Below are positions 1 through 10,189 of a stretch of DNA of 64,000 bases, one piece after another. Below the pieces are notes generated by a model, which worked only from the letters and a program-made list of their open reading frames with translations, was not told where the DNA came from and made no database searches. This stretch comes from Candidatus Latescibacterota bacterium (GTDB taxonomy: Bacteria > Latescibacterota > UBA2968 > UBA8231): NCBI GenBank assembly GCA_965203355.1, contig OZ241889.1, positions 2,976,001 through 3,040,000 on the forward strand, read 5' to 3'. A program made the translations under genes and the position numbers. Every line of letters begins with the position of its first letter. Positions within the stretch are counted from its first letter, which is position 1.

Positions 1-1970
1 AGGTCCCCACTATCTTGCACCGCGATCCCCTAATTCGGGAGGAGCAACTAGCTCAGTTAGACTCAGTCTTTGCAGTGATGATCCCAAGGATCCGGGTCCA
101 GATGGCCGACTCCTTAAAGCAACGCGAACTCCAACGCGCCCTACCTCAAGTCGTAGGTTCGCTCTCGCTCGATGCGCTTTCGACCCTCATTGACGTCCTA
201 TCCACAGCCAGCAAACCTTATGTACACGATTTCCAAGCCATCTGTCGGCAGATTCTGGCCAATTACTACACTGCGGGCATCATCGCCTCCAAACAACCAA
301 TCCTCCTAAGCCCTTCGACCCAAGTCCGCCTCGGAGACCGGGAACAGCACATAGAAACCCTTTATAGCGAAGAAAAGATCAAACAAGGCGAATTAATCTC
401 TCACATCCAAACGTACCACACGATTGCCGACCGCAGTGCCGTCCAAGCCGTACACGAGCTGCTAAGCCTCTTTGTGGTTCCCAATATAACTATTGACGAG
501 CCAGAGACCGCCCGCCTCAGAGACGCAGCGCGGCGCGGCGTGGCTAGCATCAAGCGGATCTATGCCCAAAACGACCTCATCATCGACAAAAACGCCACCG
601 TCGCCGAGGAGCACGTCAATGCACTCAACGCACTAGCCGCCCACATCGCCCAAGATCAATCTCAACATCCGGTTCAGCGCGTGATTCAAGTGGCTGCGGC
701 CGCGACGATTTCTGGGCTCCTGATCTTCGTCTTCGGCTATTTCCTCGCCACGCACGAACGGGCTGTTTTTGACCATCCCGGCCAACTTGTCCTCTTAGCC
801 ATTCTAACTATGGCCACAGCCGCCGCAGCCTCCTATATCAAAACGCACGACCTCTCTCCCTACTGGGTGCCGATCCCGCTCGCCGCCATGCTAGCGACGA
901 TCCTGCTAACGCCACAAATTGGCTTAGTGCTCTCGTTTGTGCTCGCGCTTTTTGTCGGCAACCTCTTTGCCGACTTCTACGTAGTCATAATCTGCGCCCT
1001 AACGGCGGCCATCGCCGTCTATGCGGTGCGGCACGTGCGCCACCGCAATCAGTTCTATCGGCCCATGATCTTCCTGCCGATTTCTTACGCATTGCTCATC
1101 GCAGCGGCGGATCTATTGCGCTTCTTTCCGGTCGAACAGATATACGATCATATTCTGCCCGGGATCGTCATTGGCGTGGCCGCTCCCATCCTCACCATCG
1201 GCCTGCTGCCGATCTTTGAAAGTCTCTTTCACATCACCACGGATATCACCCTGCTAGAGCTGTCGGATCCCAATCGGACCTTGCTCCGTCAATTGGCTAT
1301 CCGGGCCCCAGGAACCTATACTCATAGCCTGATTATGGCCAACCTCTCCGAGAGCGCTGCCGAGGCCATTGCCGCTAATCCGCTCTTGGCCCGCGTTGGC
1401 TGTTATTACCACGACATCGGCAAGGTGAACAAACCTGAGTACTTCAGCGAAAATCAGGGGCTACAAGGTGGACACAATCCCCACGATCGTCTGATGCCCT
1501 ACCTGAGCATGCTCATCATCGCCGCGCACGTCCGTGAAGGGCTCGAGTTGGCCGAGGAACACGGCCTTCCCCAGTCTATCCGCGACCTAATCGCCCAGCA
1601 CCACGGCACCACCGTCATTGAGTACTTTTACGAGCGTGCCGTAGAATTGGGTGACCGAAGTGTGCGCGAGGAAGATTTCAAGTACGACGGCCCCAGACCC
1701 CAGACCAAAGAGGCCGGTATCTTGATGTTGGCCGACTCAGTCGAAGCGGCGGCCCGCACCCTCCCCGAGCGCACACCCAGCCGGATGCGCCAGTTAGTGC
1801 ATAAAATTATCCAGCAGAAGTTCACCACTGGCGAACTCGACGAATGTGCGCTGACCCTGCGGGATTTGCTCAAAATAGAGGACAGCTTCATCCGCGTACT
1901 GATGGGCGTTCTCCACAGCCGGATGGCATACCCTTGGCAGAAGGCCAATCGCAAATGGCAGACCGTCTAG
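1..1970 (+). CDS. 7TM-HD (HDIG) phosphohydrolase, PgpH-like cyclic-dinucleotide phosphodiesterase family; 5'-partial
   Basis: Multiple TM helices followed by APGTYTHS...YYHDIGK...AQHHGTT...LADSVEAA HD motifs; frame is open to the window edge. Confidence 0.88.
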   Translation, partial: VPTILHRDPLIREEQLAQLDSVFAVMIPRIRVQMADSLKQRELQRALPQVVGSLSLDALSTLIDVLSTASKPYVHDFQAICRQILANYYTAGIIASKQPILLSPSTQVRLGDREQHIETLYSEEKIKQGELISHIQTYHTIADRSAVQAVHELLSLFVVPNITIDEPETARLRDAARRGVASIKRIYAQNDLIIDKNATVAEEHVNALNALAAHIAQDQSQHPVQRVIQVAAAATISGLLIFVFGYFLATHERAVFDHPGQLVLLAILTMATAAAASYIKTHDLSPYWVPIPLAAMLATILLTPQIGLVLSFVLALFVGNLFADFYVVIICALTAAIAVYAVRHVRHRNQFYRPMIFLPISYALLIAAADLLRFFPVEQIYDHILPGIVIGVAAPILTIGLLPIFESLFHITTDITLLELSDPNRTLLRQLAIRAPGTYTHSLIMANLSESAAEAIAANPLLARVGCYYHDIGKVNKPEYFSENQGLQGGHNPHDRLMPYLSMLIIAAHVREGLELAEEHGLPQSIRDLIAQHHGTTVIEYFYERAVELGDRSVREEDFKYDGPRPQTKEAGILMLADSVEAAARTLPERTPSRMRQLVHKIIQQKFTTGELDECALTLRDLLKIEDSFIRVLMGVLHSRMAYPWQKANRKWQTV

Positions 1971-2407
1971 CGAGCTCCCTCCACATAGTCCATGCCGCCG
2001 GGCTAGCCCCACTACACGGAGACGCGCTTGCAACCCTACACCACATCGCCGCACAGGTCGCTTACTCCCACACACTGCCGGATGCGGTCCAGCTAGTCCT
2101 CATTGACGACGATTACATGAGTGCTCTCAACGCCGCCTATCGAAGCAAGGAGGGTACCACGGATGTCCTGTCTTTCGACTTAGGAACCATACCGGGTCAG
2201 AGCAGCAGCGGCGAAGTGTACATTTCGCTGCCCCAAGCGCAACGGCAAGCTGCTGCGATCAGCGTCCCCCTCTTAGTGGAGCTATCCCGCCTGTTAGTAC
2301 ACGGCCTACTACACCTAGCCGGCTGGGTACACGACACACCCGAGCAACTAGACGCTATGGAGCACGAAACAGACCACTTCCTCACCACAGCCTCCCTCGT
2401 CCCCTAA
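1955..2407 (+). CDS. ybeY: rRNA maturation RNase YbeY
   Basis: TDVLSF and HGLLHLAGWVH (HxxxHxxGxxH) motifs; ATG at 1955 overlaps the upstream gene. Confidence 0.92.
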   Translation: MADRLASSLHIVHAAGLAPLHGDALATLHHIAAQVAYSHTLPDAVQLVLIDDDYMSALNAAYRSKEGTTDVLSFDLGTIPGQSSSGEVYISLPQAQRQAAAISVPLLVELSRLLVHGLLHLAGWVHDTPEQLDAMEHETDHFLTTASLVP

Positions 2408-2444
2408 GCGACTTTGGCCGATCGCTTTACCGAAAGGATCCTTT

Positions 2445-3761
2445 TTGGAACCCCCGCAAGTTGACTTATCCTTGGTCGCATACGCCGCGCTGGCCGGCAC
2501 GACCAGCCTCGTTTGGCTCTTCGTGGTAGCCAGCTATGAAACAACCTTCTCCATTCTCTCCAAATCCGTGCTAGAGAAAATGGCCGAAAGCGGCGTATCC
2601 CACGCGCACGCCATGCTCCGCATCTACGAGCCGCGCCTGCGCCTGCGCTTGATGGCTCGCCTCGGCGAAGCCATCGGCATCATCGTCCTCGCCCTCGCCC
2701 TGTTCTTTCTCGCACAGGCTCTCACCCTTGCGAACTATATCTCCGCAGCCATAGCTGTATTGGGTGCGCTAGGGCTTTTTATGGTCGTGGCGACGCCGCG
2801 ACGCATTCGCTTTGACGAAGAGGGCGAAGAAGCACACATCTCCGTCCTAGCTTTAGCTTATGTGCCGGTACACGCACTGCTTCTCCCGGCGACCGACCTC
2901 CTCCAACTTCTCAGCAGTTTCGATTACAGCGACGAGGACTTCCGCGCGGAAAAGGAAGAAGAACTGCGCAGCATCGTCGAGTCAGAAGGCGAGTCTGGCG
3001 TCCTAGAAGAAGGCGAGCGCGAGATGATTGAGGGCGTTTTTGGTTTCCACGACCGCATCGTCCGCGAAGTTATGATCCCCCGCGTTGATATGGTTGCCAT
3101 TGACCAAGCGGCCTCCTTAAAAGACTTGATCGATCTCATCCGGGATAAAGGACACTCGCGCCTGCCCATTTACCGAGAAAGCCTCGACCACATCCAAGGG
3201 ATCGTATACGCCAAAGATCTGCTACAGATCTTAGTGTCCCGTCCCGAAATCGATCTAGCGACACCTATAAACCAACTACTGACCGGCCAGCAAGAGGACG
3301 GTCTGCCCTTTACCCATGAGCCTTATTACATCCCTGAGACCAAGAAAATCGACATCCTGCTCAACGACTTGAGATCCAACAAGATTCGCCTCGCCATCGT
3401 CTTAGACGAATACGGCGGCACGGCCGGCTTGGTCACCACCGAAGATCTCGTCGAGGAAATCGTCGGGGAAATCCAAGACGAGTATGACGAAGAAGAAGCA
3501 TTGCACCACTGGGAGATACCCGACGAAGTACTCATAGCCAATGCCCGCATCGACATAGAAGATCTCAACAAGTTGCTTTCTACCGATCTGCCGAGGACGG
3601 GTTTTGAAACCTTGGGGGGATTTATCTACGACCACTTGGGGAGCATTCCCGTGGAGGGCTTGGCCTTCAAGGTAAACGATCTAGAGCTCGATATTCTCAA
3701 AGTGGAGGGCCAGCGCATCGCCCAAGTCAAACTCCGGCGCTTGACACCCGTCGGCCATTGA
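2445..3761 (+). CDS. Hemolysin/CNNM family CBS-domain protein (CorC/TlyC-like)
   Basis: N-terminal TM region, VREVMIPRVDM, HSRLPIY, LDEYGGTAGLVTTEDLVEEIVGEIQDEYD, C-terminal CorC_HlyC-like domain. Confidence 0.9.
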   Translation: MEPPQVDLSLVAYAALAGTTSLVWLFVVASYETTFSILSKSVLEKMAESGVSHAHAMLRIYEPRLRLRLMARLGEAIGIIVLALALFFLAQALTLANYISAAIAVLGALGLFMVVATPRRIRFDEEGEEAHISVLALAYVPVHALLLPATDLLQLLSSFDYSDEDFRAEKEEELRSIVESEGESGVLEEGEREMIEGVFGFHDRIVREVMIPRVDMVAIDQAASLKDLIDLIRDKGHSRLPIYRESLDHIQGIVYAKDLLQILVSRPEIDLATPINQLLTGQQEDGLPFTHEPYYIPETKKIDILLNDLRSNKIRLAIVLDEYGGTAGLVTTEDLVEEIVGEIQDEYDEEEALHHWEIPDEVLIANARIDIEDLNKLLSTDLPRTGFETLGGFIYDHLGSIPVEGLAFKVNDLELDILKVEGQRIAQVKLRRLTPVGH

Positions 3762-3771
3762 GAAGAGAGGG

Positions 3772-3800
3772 TTGCGCGTGCCTGCCCCATCCTTTAGATT
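3772..3800 (+). promoter_or_regulatory. Putative sigma70 promoter for tRNA-fMet
   Basis: TTGCGC (3772-3777), 17-bp spacer, TAGATT (3795-3800), ending 17 nt before the tRNA. Confidence 0.5.
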
Positions 3801-3817
3801 AATTGCACATAGCTTGT

Positions 3818-3894
<77 letters not shown>

Positions 3895-3899
3895 CCTTT

Positions 3900-3931
3900 T
3901 CAGGGAGTCGCTTGCGGCTCCCTGATTTTTT
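3900..3931 (+). terminator. Rho-independent terminator after the tRNA
   Basis: TCAGGGAGTCG-CTTG-CGGCTCCCTGA hairpin followed by TTTTTT. Confidence 0.8.
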
Positions 3932-3933
3932 CT

Positions 3934-4260
3934 ATGCCTATCTATAACAAGGTTCCGGCCAATCCCACCACTGCTCCGGCCGAGCGCATCCGCCTCGACG
4001 AGCGCTTCGTATCCTTGCTCGTCGCCGAAGACGCCCAAGATCGCCTCGAAGCCCAAGAGTTGCGCCAGCTCGTCCACCGGGCCCTCCAAGCCCTCTCCGA
4101 CGACGAAATGCGCGTTGTTCAACTTCGCTATCAGTACAAGAAATCGCCCGGCCAAGTCGCAACGCGCCTAGGCATTTCCCGCGACGCGATGGCTGCGCTT
4201 GAGCAGAGCGGGTTAGCAAAATTGCGTCAAGGGCTTGAGGATTGGCACCGAGGCGTCTGA
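3934..4260 (+). CDS. Small sigma-70 region-4-like HTH protein
   Basis: ALQALSDDEMRVVQLRY...QVATRLGISR...EQSGLAKLR resembles the FliA/SigF region 4; no region 2 present. Confidence 0.6.
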   Translation: MPIYNKVPANPTTAPAERIRLDERFVSLLVAEDAQDRLEAQELRQLVHRALQALSDDEMRVVQLRYQYKKSPGQVATRLGISRDAMAALEQSGLAKLRQGLEDWHRGV

Positions 4261-5776
4261 ATTGCAGCAGTGGTTCTTTCCCCTGCTCGCCCCAGCCTTA
4301 CTCTCGGGCCTGCTCTTCGTAGTTAGCATTCCCAAATTCGATCAGTATTACCTCGCTTGGATTTGCCTGCTGCCGCTTTTTGCGGCTCGGCAGTGGCTGC
4401 CAAGCCAAAGCCATTTCGCCCTCGGGCTGATCACGGGCGTCGTCTGGGCTATCGGGCGCACGTACTGGATTACCGAGACCTTGCAATTGTACGGTGCGCT
4501 GGCCTGGGCAACCGCTGCGGCGACGAATGCGCTACTCATCTTATACCTGGCCTTGTATCTGGCCTGTTTTGTCGCCGTGTGCCGCCGCATAAACTTTTCT
4601 TCCCCCCTCTTTGCTTGGTCGGCGGCTAGCGTCTGGATCCTTTTGGAATGGGCGCAAAACTGGATGTTGAGCGGCTTTCCTTGGCAGCTACTAGGCTATT
4701 CGCAGTACCTCAATCTCCCCTTTCTACAATGGGCGGGCATAACTGGCGTTTACGGCCTGAGTTTCCTCATCGTCCTATTCAACGCCGCGTTGGCCCAAGC
4801 CCTCTCGCACCGCACCTTCATCCCCTATCTGAGCCTGCCCCTTTTCCTGCTAGTCGCCGTTCATCTATGGGGGTTCTACCGGCTGCACGACGCGCCCGAT
4901 CCGCCACCTGCGACCCTAAAGGTCGGCGTCGTTCAAGGCAATATCCCCCAAGACCGCAAGTGGGCGGAGAATCGGCTAGCCTGGACGGCTCGGCACTACG
5001 CTGCACTCACTCGGGATTTGGCAGCCGCGGAAAAACCTGCCCTGATCATCTACCCCGAGACAGCCCTGCCGCTCTATTTTAGCGACCCTTTGTACGCGCC
5101 CTATGTTGATTCAATAACAGCCCTAGCGCCCGAACTAGATACGCCCATGCTGGTGGGCAGCCTCAAGGGGGATTCGCAAAACCGCACGGCTCCGGTCTAT
5201 AACCGAGCTTTCCTGCTCAACGCTCAAGGGGATGTCGTGGATTACGCCGACAAGGTTCACTTGGTGCCGTTTGGCGAGTTCCTGCCTTTCCCATCTATCT
5301 TTCAGTATTTGGGAGGACTTACCGCAGAAAGCGGCATCTTCACCCCTGGGGAAAGGCACAAAGTACTGCGGCTTCCGCGCAGCGGCACCTCATTCGGGGT
5401 CTTTATTTGCTACGAGTCCATCTTTCCGGAAATCACCCGCGCACTGATGGCCCAAGATCCAGACTTTCTGGTCAATACCACCAACGACGCTTGGTTTGGC
5501 ACCACTGCGGCCCCGCATCAGCACTTGGCGCAGGCTGTCCTGCGGGCCGTAGAAAGCGGGCGGGCCGTAGTCCGCGCCGCCAATACCGGCATTTCCGGCT
5601 TAATCGAACCGAGCGGACGCATTGCCTATCGCACACCGCTTTTCACGACCGTGGGCTTTGCCATAGACGTGCCCCTACACCAGGGACAGACGCTCTACAC
5701 GCGTTGGGGGGACTGGCCGCTCCTGCTCTGTGCCCTCGCACTAACGCTAGCCGCGATCCGCAAAAATTGGAATTAG
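4235..5776 (+). CDS. lnt: Apolipoprotein N-acyltransferase (start may be TTG 4262)
   Basis: GFPW, VQGNIPQ, YPETA, KVHLVPFGE, ICYESIF, TNDAWFG, RAANTGIS. Confidence 0.96.
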   Translation: MRIGTEASELQQWFFPLLAPALLSGLLFVVSIPKFDQYYLAWICLLPLFAARQWLPSQSHFALGLITGVVWAIGRTYWITETLQLYGALAWATAAATNALLILYLALYLACFVAVCRRINFSSPLFAWSAASVWILLEWAQNWMLSGFPWQLLGYSQYLNLPFLQWAGITGVYGLSFLIVLFNAALAQALSHRTFIPYLSLPLFLLVAVHLWGFYRLHDAPDPPPATLKVGVVQGNIPQDRKWAENRLAWTARHYAALTRDLAAAEKPALIIYPETALPLYFSDPLYAPYVDSITALAPELDTPMLVGSLKGDSQNRTAPVYNRAFLLNAQGDVVDYADKVHLVPFGEFLPFPSIFQYLGGLTAESGIFTPGERHKVLRLPRSGTSFGVFICYESIFPEITRALMAQDPDFLVNTTNDAWFGTTAAPHQHLAQAVLRAVESGRAVVRAANTGISGLIEPSGRIAYRTPLFTTVGFAIDVPLHQGQTLYTRWGDWPLLLCALALTLAAIRKNWN

Positions 5777-5894
5777 GAATGCTGGCCGAACACCACCGGG
5801 CCGGGCGTTGGATCGTCCAGACCCTCCCGCTTGCCGCCCGTACCTCGGGGCGCACACTTCTCCGGGCCATACCGTCGTGGATGTATCTTCTCTC

Positions 5895-7001
5895 CTAAAC
5901 CGGACAAGCGGGAATATCGACCCACCGCCGCTCGGCCGCGGCTTGGAGGATGGAGTCGGCAACGGCCTGCGCCCGCATCCCGTGATAAAACGAGGGGATG
6001 CAATCGCGGCCCTCGCGGATGGCACTGACGAATTCCCAGGCTTGGTCGTAGCGGAAGGTCTGCATCGGGTCGCCAACGGACGGGTCGCGCGGCGCATTGG
6101 GACGCTTGAGGAACTCGGCGGGCACGGGCTGGCTCTGATAAGGTTCGCCGCGGGGCGCGAAGAGCACCTCGTGTGGCGCGTGCAGGCGATAGACGACCGA
6201 AGCATCCTCCCCATTGAACTCGGCTAAGTCGTGGTCGCCCTGCGGGCCGTAGCCCTTGCTCAACTTGCCCATCTCAAAGACGCCCGTAGTGCCGCTTTTG
6301 AATTCGGCGATCCACGCGACCCAATCTTCCACATCCTGTGGTGGGCACGATACACCTTCCTTAGTTCGATCCCTCGGAACCAACTGCTTGGCCGCGCTGC
6401 ACACAGCCTCTATCGGCCCTAGCAGATCCTCGGCAAAATCAATGCGATGAATGCCCATATCGCCCAGTTCACCCGACCCGGCGTAGCACTTGTACTGCCG
6501 CCAGCCAATGGCACACTCTCCCCAGTCTTGCAGGCGCTGGAAACGGGCGTGGCGAATGGGTCCTAAAGCTCCGGTCTGCACCAAGTGGCGGATGTAGTTC
6601 ATGGCCGGCACAAAGCGATAGGTAAACGCCGTCATGTGACGACGCCCTGACGCCTTGCCCTGAGCGTATATTTTTTGAGTTTGGGCAAAGTCCATACCTA
6701 AAGGCTTCTCGCACAGCACGTGGCAGTCGGCGTCTAAGGCTTGGACGATCAATTCGCCGTGATAGACGTTGGGAACGGCAATGCAGACCGCATCCGGGAC
6801 CACCGCATCTAAGAGCGCGTCCAACCGATCAAAAGCGGCCACAATGCCCCACTCCGCTTGCCGCTTTTGCCGCAGCGTCTCGTCTGGCTCGCAGATCCCA
6901 GCAATCTCGACTCCGGGAATCAGCCGCAACCCTGGATAGTGTACCCCCGCACAGACACCGCCGGTACCCACCAGCCCTACGCGCAGTGCATCTTGGTTCA
7001 T
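5895..7001 (-). CDS. Gfo/Idh/MocA oxidoreductase
   Basis: VGLVGTG Rossmann motif, HVLCEKP, DMGIHRID. Confidence 0.9.
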   Translation of the reverse strand: MNQDALRVGLVGTGGVCAGVHYPGLRLIPGVEIAGICEPDETLRQKRQAEWGIVAAFDRLDALLDAVVPDAVCIAVPNVYHGELIVQALDADCHVLCEKPLGMDFAQTQKIYAQGKASGRRHMTAFTYRFVPAMNYIRHLVQTGALGPIRHARFQRLQDWGECAIGWRQYKCYAGSGELGDMGIHRIDFAEDLLGPIEAVCSAAKQLVPRDRTKEGVSCPPQDVEDWVAWIAEFKSGTTGVFEMGKLSKGYGPQGDHDLAEFNGEDASVVYRLHAPHEVLFAPRGEPYQSQPVPAEFLKRPNAPRDPSVGDPMQTFRYDQAWEFVSAIREGRDCIPSFYHGMRAQAVADSILQAAAERRWVDIPACPV

Positions 7002-7921
7002 ACGACCTCTTTCGCTTGCATTTGCATTTCCACCGCGGCTAACTCATCGACGAGCGCGTGTAACCTTGGCAGGTCCTCAGCGGCCACGTCTTCGGCAAAA
7101 GGCACCACCGGCCCTCCAGCCAGCCCGAACCGCTCCATAGCCGTGTGTAGTGCCGAGCCACTATAGCGCGCGCCGCGCTCACCGCGCAGGTCCTCAAACG
7201 GCACCATCTGCCGCCGAATCTCCTCGGCCCCGGCGCGATCCCCGGCCGCAAAGCGCGCTAGGAGCGTCAAGCTCATGCCGGGAACGAAGTTGGCCATCCC
7301 CGAGCTAAATCCAACTGCGCCAGCGGCCATATAGTCGATACAGGGTTCCTCGGCCATCCCGCAAACCATGGCGGCGGCGTCCCCAGCACCAGCGACAATC
7401 CGCTGGAATGCCTCTAAATCGTCAACGGCGTACTTGAGCCCCACCACTTCGTCTAGCTGACATAGTGCCACTACTTGATCAACCGGCATAATATCCAGAC
7501 GGCGCTGATACAGAATCGCGGGCAACTGAGTCTTCTCGGCCAGCTCGCGCAGGCCAGCGGCAACGCCCCCGGCCGAGGCTGGCCCAACAATGGGCATAAT
7601 CATCACCCCGGCGACGCCCAGAGAGCGGGCGATCCGTCCCATTTCGAGGGCCCGCCCATACCCCGGCCCGATCCCGGGCACCACCAGCGCCTCTTTGGCG
7701 GCCGCTTCCACAAAGGCCCCAACGACCGCTTCGTATTCGTCTAAGGTCATATCGTACACCAACCCCGTGCCGCACGCTGGCATGATAAAATCAACGCCTC
7801 GCTCGCAGAGGAACCGCACATTGCGATCAATGCCCGCCAAGTCAATGCCCCGTGCCGCGTCGCGAGGTGTAATCGCCACAACTAGCACGTTGTGGCCGTG
7901 TTCTTGTTGCAACATCTGCAT
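6998..7921 (-). CDS. Dihydrodipicolinate synthase family aldolase/dehydratase (KdgD-like)
   Basis: CGTG motif, ILYQR, GLKYA Schiff-base Lys, FSSGMANFVP. Confidence 0.8.
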   Translation of the reverse strand: MQMLQQEHGHNVLVVAITPRDAARGIDLAGIDRNVRFLCERGVDFIMPACGTGLVYDMTLDEYEAVVGAFVEAAAKEALVVPGIGPGYGRALEMGRIARSLGVAGVMIMPIVGPASAGGVAAGLRELAEKTQLPAILYQRRLDIMPVDQVVALCQLDEVVGLKYAVDDLEAFQRIVAGAGDAAAMVCGMAEEPCIDYMAAGAVGFSSGMANFVPGMSLTLLARFAAGDRAGAEEIRRQMVPFEDLRGERGARYSGSALHTAMERFGLAGGPVVPFAEDVAAEDLPRLHALVDELAAVEMQMQAKEVV

Positions 7922-7939
7922 AGAATTCTCTCTTGTCTG

Positions 7940-8311
7940 CTAGGCCCAGATGGTCTCGGTAGAAGTTGTGGCGTGTTTGTTGTAGTGCGCCAGATAGTCC
8001 TCGCGCGGCGGACTGAAGATGTCGAGGATTCGGGCCGGCCCCGCTTCGACGAGGCCCCAGTGGACCGTGTTCGGCGGAATCAAAAAGGCGTCGCCCGGGC
8101 CGGTGACGCGCTCCTCGGACCCAATGCGAAAGCGGAAACGCCCAGCCAGCACCAAACCGGCCTGCTCGTGCGGGTGGCTGTGCTCGGGCACTTCGCAGCC
8201 TTCTTCCAGGTCCAAAAACGAAAGCATCAGCCGCTCGCCAGCCACCAAGCCGCTGTTGATTTGGGGAAAAAGCTCTACAGCCGCAAGTTCGGCAGGATTG
8301 ATAAAGGGCAT
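7940..8311 (-). CDS. Cupin domain protein
   Basis: PEHSHPHEQ...IPPNTVH...DIFSPPREDY. Confidence 0.88.
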   Translation of the reverse strand: MPFINPAELAAVELFPQINSGLVAGERLMLSFLDLEEGCEVPEHSHPHEQAGLVLAGRFRFRIGSEERVTGPGDAFLIPPNTVHWGLVEAGPARILDIFSPPREDYLAHYNKHATTSTETIWA

Positions 8312-8320
8312 AGTCTCCTC

Positions 8321-9652
8321 CTATTCGACAAAGCTCCGCAACCAAGCATCGCCGCGATAGCGCGGCCACAGCGTAACAAATCGGCCGACCATTAGGCCGC
8401 TGTAGGCCATCCACGCACCGGCCAATTCCCAATCCAACCAGTATATAAAAACCAACACCCCAGGCAAAAACACCCCAAAGGTGGCCAGCACCATCGCCTT
8501 GAACAGATACCCCATATCGCTAGCGCCGATGAAAATTCCATCCAAGACGAAGACCACGGCGTTCAGCGGTTGGAGCAGCGCGATGAGTACGCAAAGTGCG
8601 CCGACCTGTTGTACAACTTCCCGATGCGGAGTAAACAGCGCGGCAATAGGCTCCAAGGCCAAAAAGTACGCCGCGCCAAACCCCGCTCCTAGCCCCAATC
8701 CCCAGCCCATGATCCGCCGAGCGAACTGCCGGGCCTCGGCAAAAAGCTGTGCTCCTAGGCAGCGGCCAACCAGCGTCTCGGCGGCGTGGGCAAAACCGTC
8801 CACGGCAAAGCTGGTCAACCCCCAGACCTGCAAAATTACGGCGTTGGCCGCCAGCGGTGCTTCGCCCATCCGCGAGACCATGCCGAGCGTGAAGAAACTG
8901 GCAAATTGCAGACAGAAGGTGCGTCCGAAGAGGAAGGCGTTGGTCTGCATCAAGCGCTTCATCGCCCGCAGGTCCCAAAGCCTTGTAGGCCACTCCCGTA
9001 GATAGGATCGGTAGCGGGAGACCAACCAAAAAACCCCGGTGGCCAGCGCCGCCGCATTGCCCAGCACGGAAGCCCAAGCCGCCCCTTCGACGCCCAGCTT
9101 GGGAGCACCCAATTGGCCGTAAATAAGCGCGTAGTCCGCGCCGATGTTGACCAAGTTGGCGACGGTCGTAACCCAAAGGGGGGCTATGACATTGGCGGTG
9201 CCGAGGAAAAAGCCATTGAGCGTCATAACGCTCAGTGCCAAGGGTGCTTCCCATACTCGGATGGCGAAGTATCGCATACCCCAGTGCTGAACTTGGGCAG
9301 ACCCACCGGCCAACTCGAACCCAAGCCGACTGATCCAGCCACTGGCCGCCACGGTCCCCATGCCGAGGCAGACAGCCACAATAAGCGAGCGGTAGAGTAC
9401 TCCTGCGCTCTGCCGTCGATCCCCCGCCCCACTGTACTGGGCCACCAGTGCCGTGGTCCCCATCCGCAGAAAGGCCAAGCTCCAGAATATGCCATTGAAG
9501 ATCAAACTCGCCGTAGAGACCGCGCCCATAAAGGCCACTTCTGGCAAATGGCCGATCAGCGCGGTGTCGGCAATGCCGATCAGCGGTGTCGATAGGGCCG
9601 CGAGGATATTGGGGATGGCGAGGCCAAAAATCCGGCGGTCGAGTGAATTCAA
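8321..9652 (-). CDS. MATE family efflux transporter (DinF-like)
   Basis: LAIPNIL..PLIGIADTALIGHL, FLRMGTTALVAQ, about 12 TM helices. Confidence 0.9.
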   Translation of the reverse strand: MNSLDRRIFGLAIPNILAALSTPLIGIADTALIGHLPEVAFMGAVSTASLIFNGIFWSLAFLRMGTTALVAQYSGAGDRRQSAGVLYRSLIVAVCLGMGTVAASGWISRLGFELAGGSAQVQHWGMRYFAIRVWEAPLALSVMTLNGFFLGTANVIAPLWVTTVANLVNIGADYALIYGQLGAPKLGVEGAAWASVLGNAAALATGVFWLVSRYRSYLREWPTRLWDLRAMKRLMQTNAFLFGRTFCLQFASFFTLGMVSRMGEAPLAANAVILQVWGLTSFAVDGFAHAAETLVGRCLGAQLFAEARQFARRIMGWGLGLGAGFGAAYFLALEPIAALFTPHREVVQQVGALCVLIALLQPLNAVVFVLDGIFIGASDMGYLFKAMVLATFGVFLPGVLVFIYWLDWELAGAWMAYSGLMVGRFVTLWPRYRGDAWLRSFVE

Positions 9653-9987
9653 TCCTCCGCCTCAGGGCACCAGCCAAACCGTTTCAGGTCGATGCGTTGT
9701 GCCGTAAAAACGACGCCTTCGCCGGCCAAAAGCTCGTATTGCAACAGATGACTGCTGCCGCTGCGCGGCGAGACCTTGCCGTGGGCGTTGATGATGCGGT
9801 GCCAAGGTAGGTCCCATTCCTCGGGCATACCCGACAAGGCGAACCCAACCTGCCGCGCACGCCCCGGGTAACCGGCCAAAGTGGCAATCTGCCCGTAGGT
9901 AGCTACCTTGCCGTGGGGCACGCAGGCGATGGTTTCGTAGAACGCCCGGCGCATGGAGCTTTCAGCCGTTGGGAGCCTCGGCCTCAT
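9649..9987 (-). CDS. Alkyltransferase-like (ATL/YbaZ, MGMT family) protein
   Basis: VPHGKVATYGQIA, ARQVG, PWHRI (Trp in place of the catalytic Cys, diagnostic of ATL). Confidence 0.88.
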   Translation of the reverse strand: MRPRLPTAESSMRRAFYETIACVPHGKVATYGQIATLAGYPGRARQVGFALSGMPEEWDLPWHRIINAHGKVSPRSGSSHLLQYELLAGEGVVFTAQRIDLKRFGWCPEAED

Positions 9988-10186
9988 CGCGCCCTTCCAA
10001 CAGATCGAGGGCCTTGGCGTAACTGCGCTTTTTCAAGTAGTGGCGCAACATCGACGGGGCTTCGTTGCCCAGCTTTTGGCTGAGTTCGTCAAGCTGCCGC
10101 AGATGCGCGGCAATTGACTCGCCCTCGCGGTTGTCGATAGCCGCCATCAGCGCTTGTAGTTCGGTGTGCAATTGGTCTAGTGCCAT
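9962..10186 (-). CDS. Small hypothetical protein
   Basis: Helical 74-aa ORF in operon context ending LRHYLKKRSYAKAL. Confidence 0.6.
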   Translation of the reverse strand: MALDQLHTELQALMAAIDNREGESIAAHLRQLDELSQKLGNEAPSMLRHYLKKRSYAKALDLLEGRDEAEAPNG

Positions 10187-10189
10187 GGC

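Noticed and set aside
5777-5894. Minus-strand peptide ..GGKREGLDDPTPGPVVFGQHS, possibly another gene remnant
   Set aside because: Too short and too weakly similar to assign.
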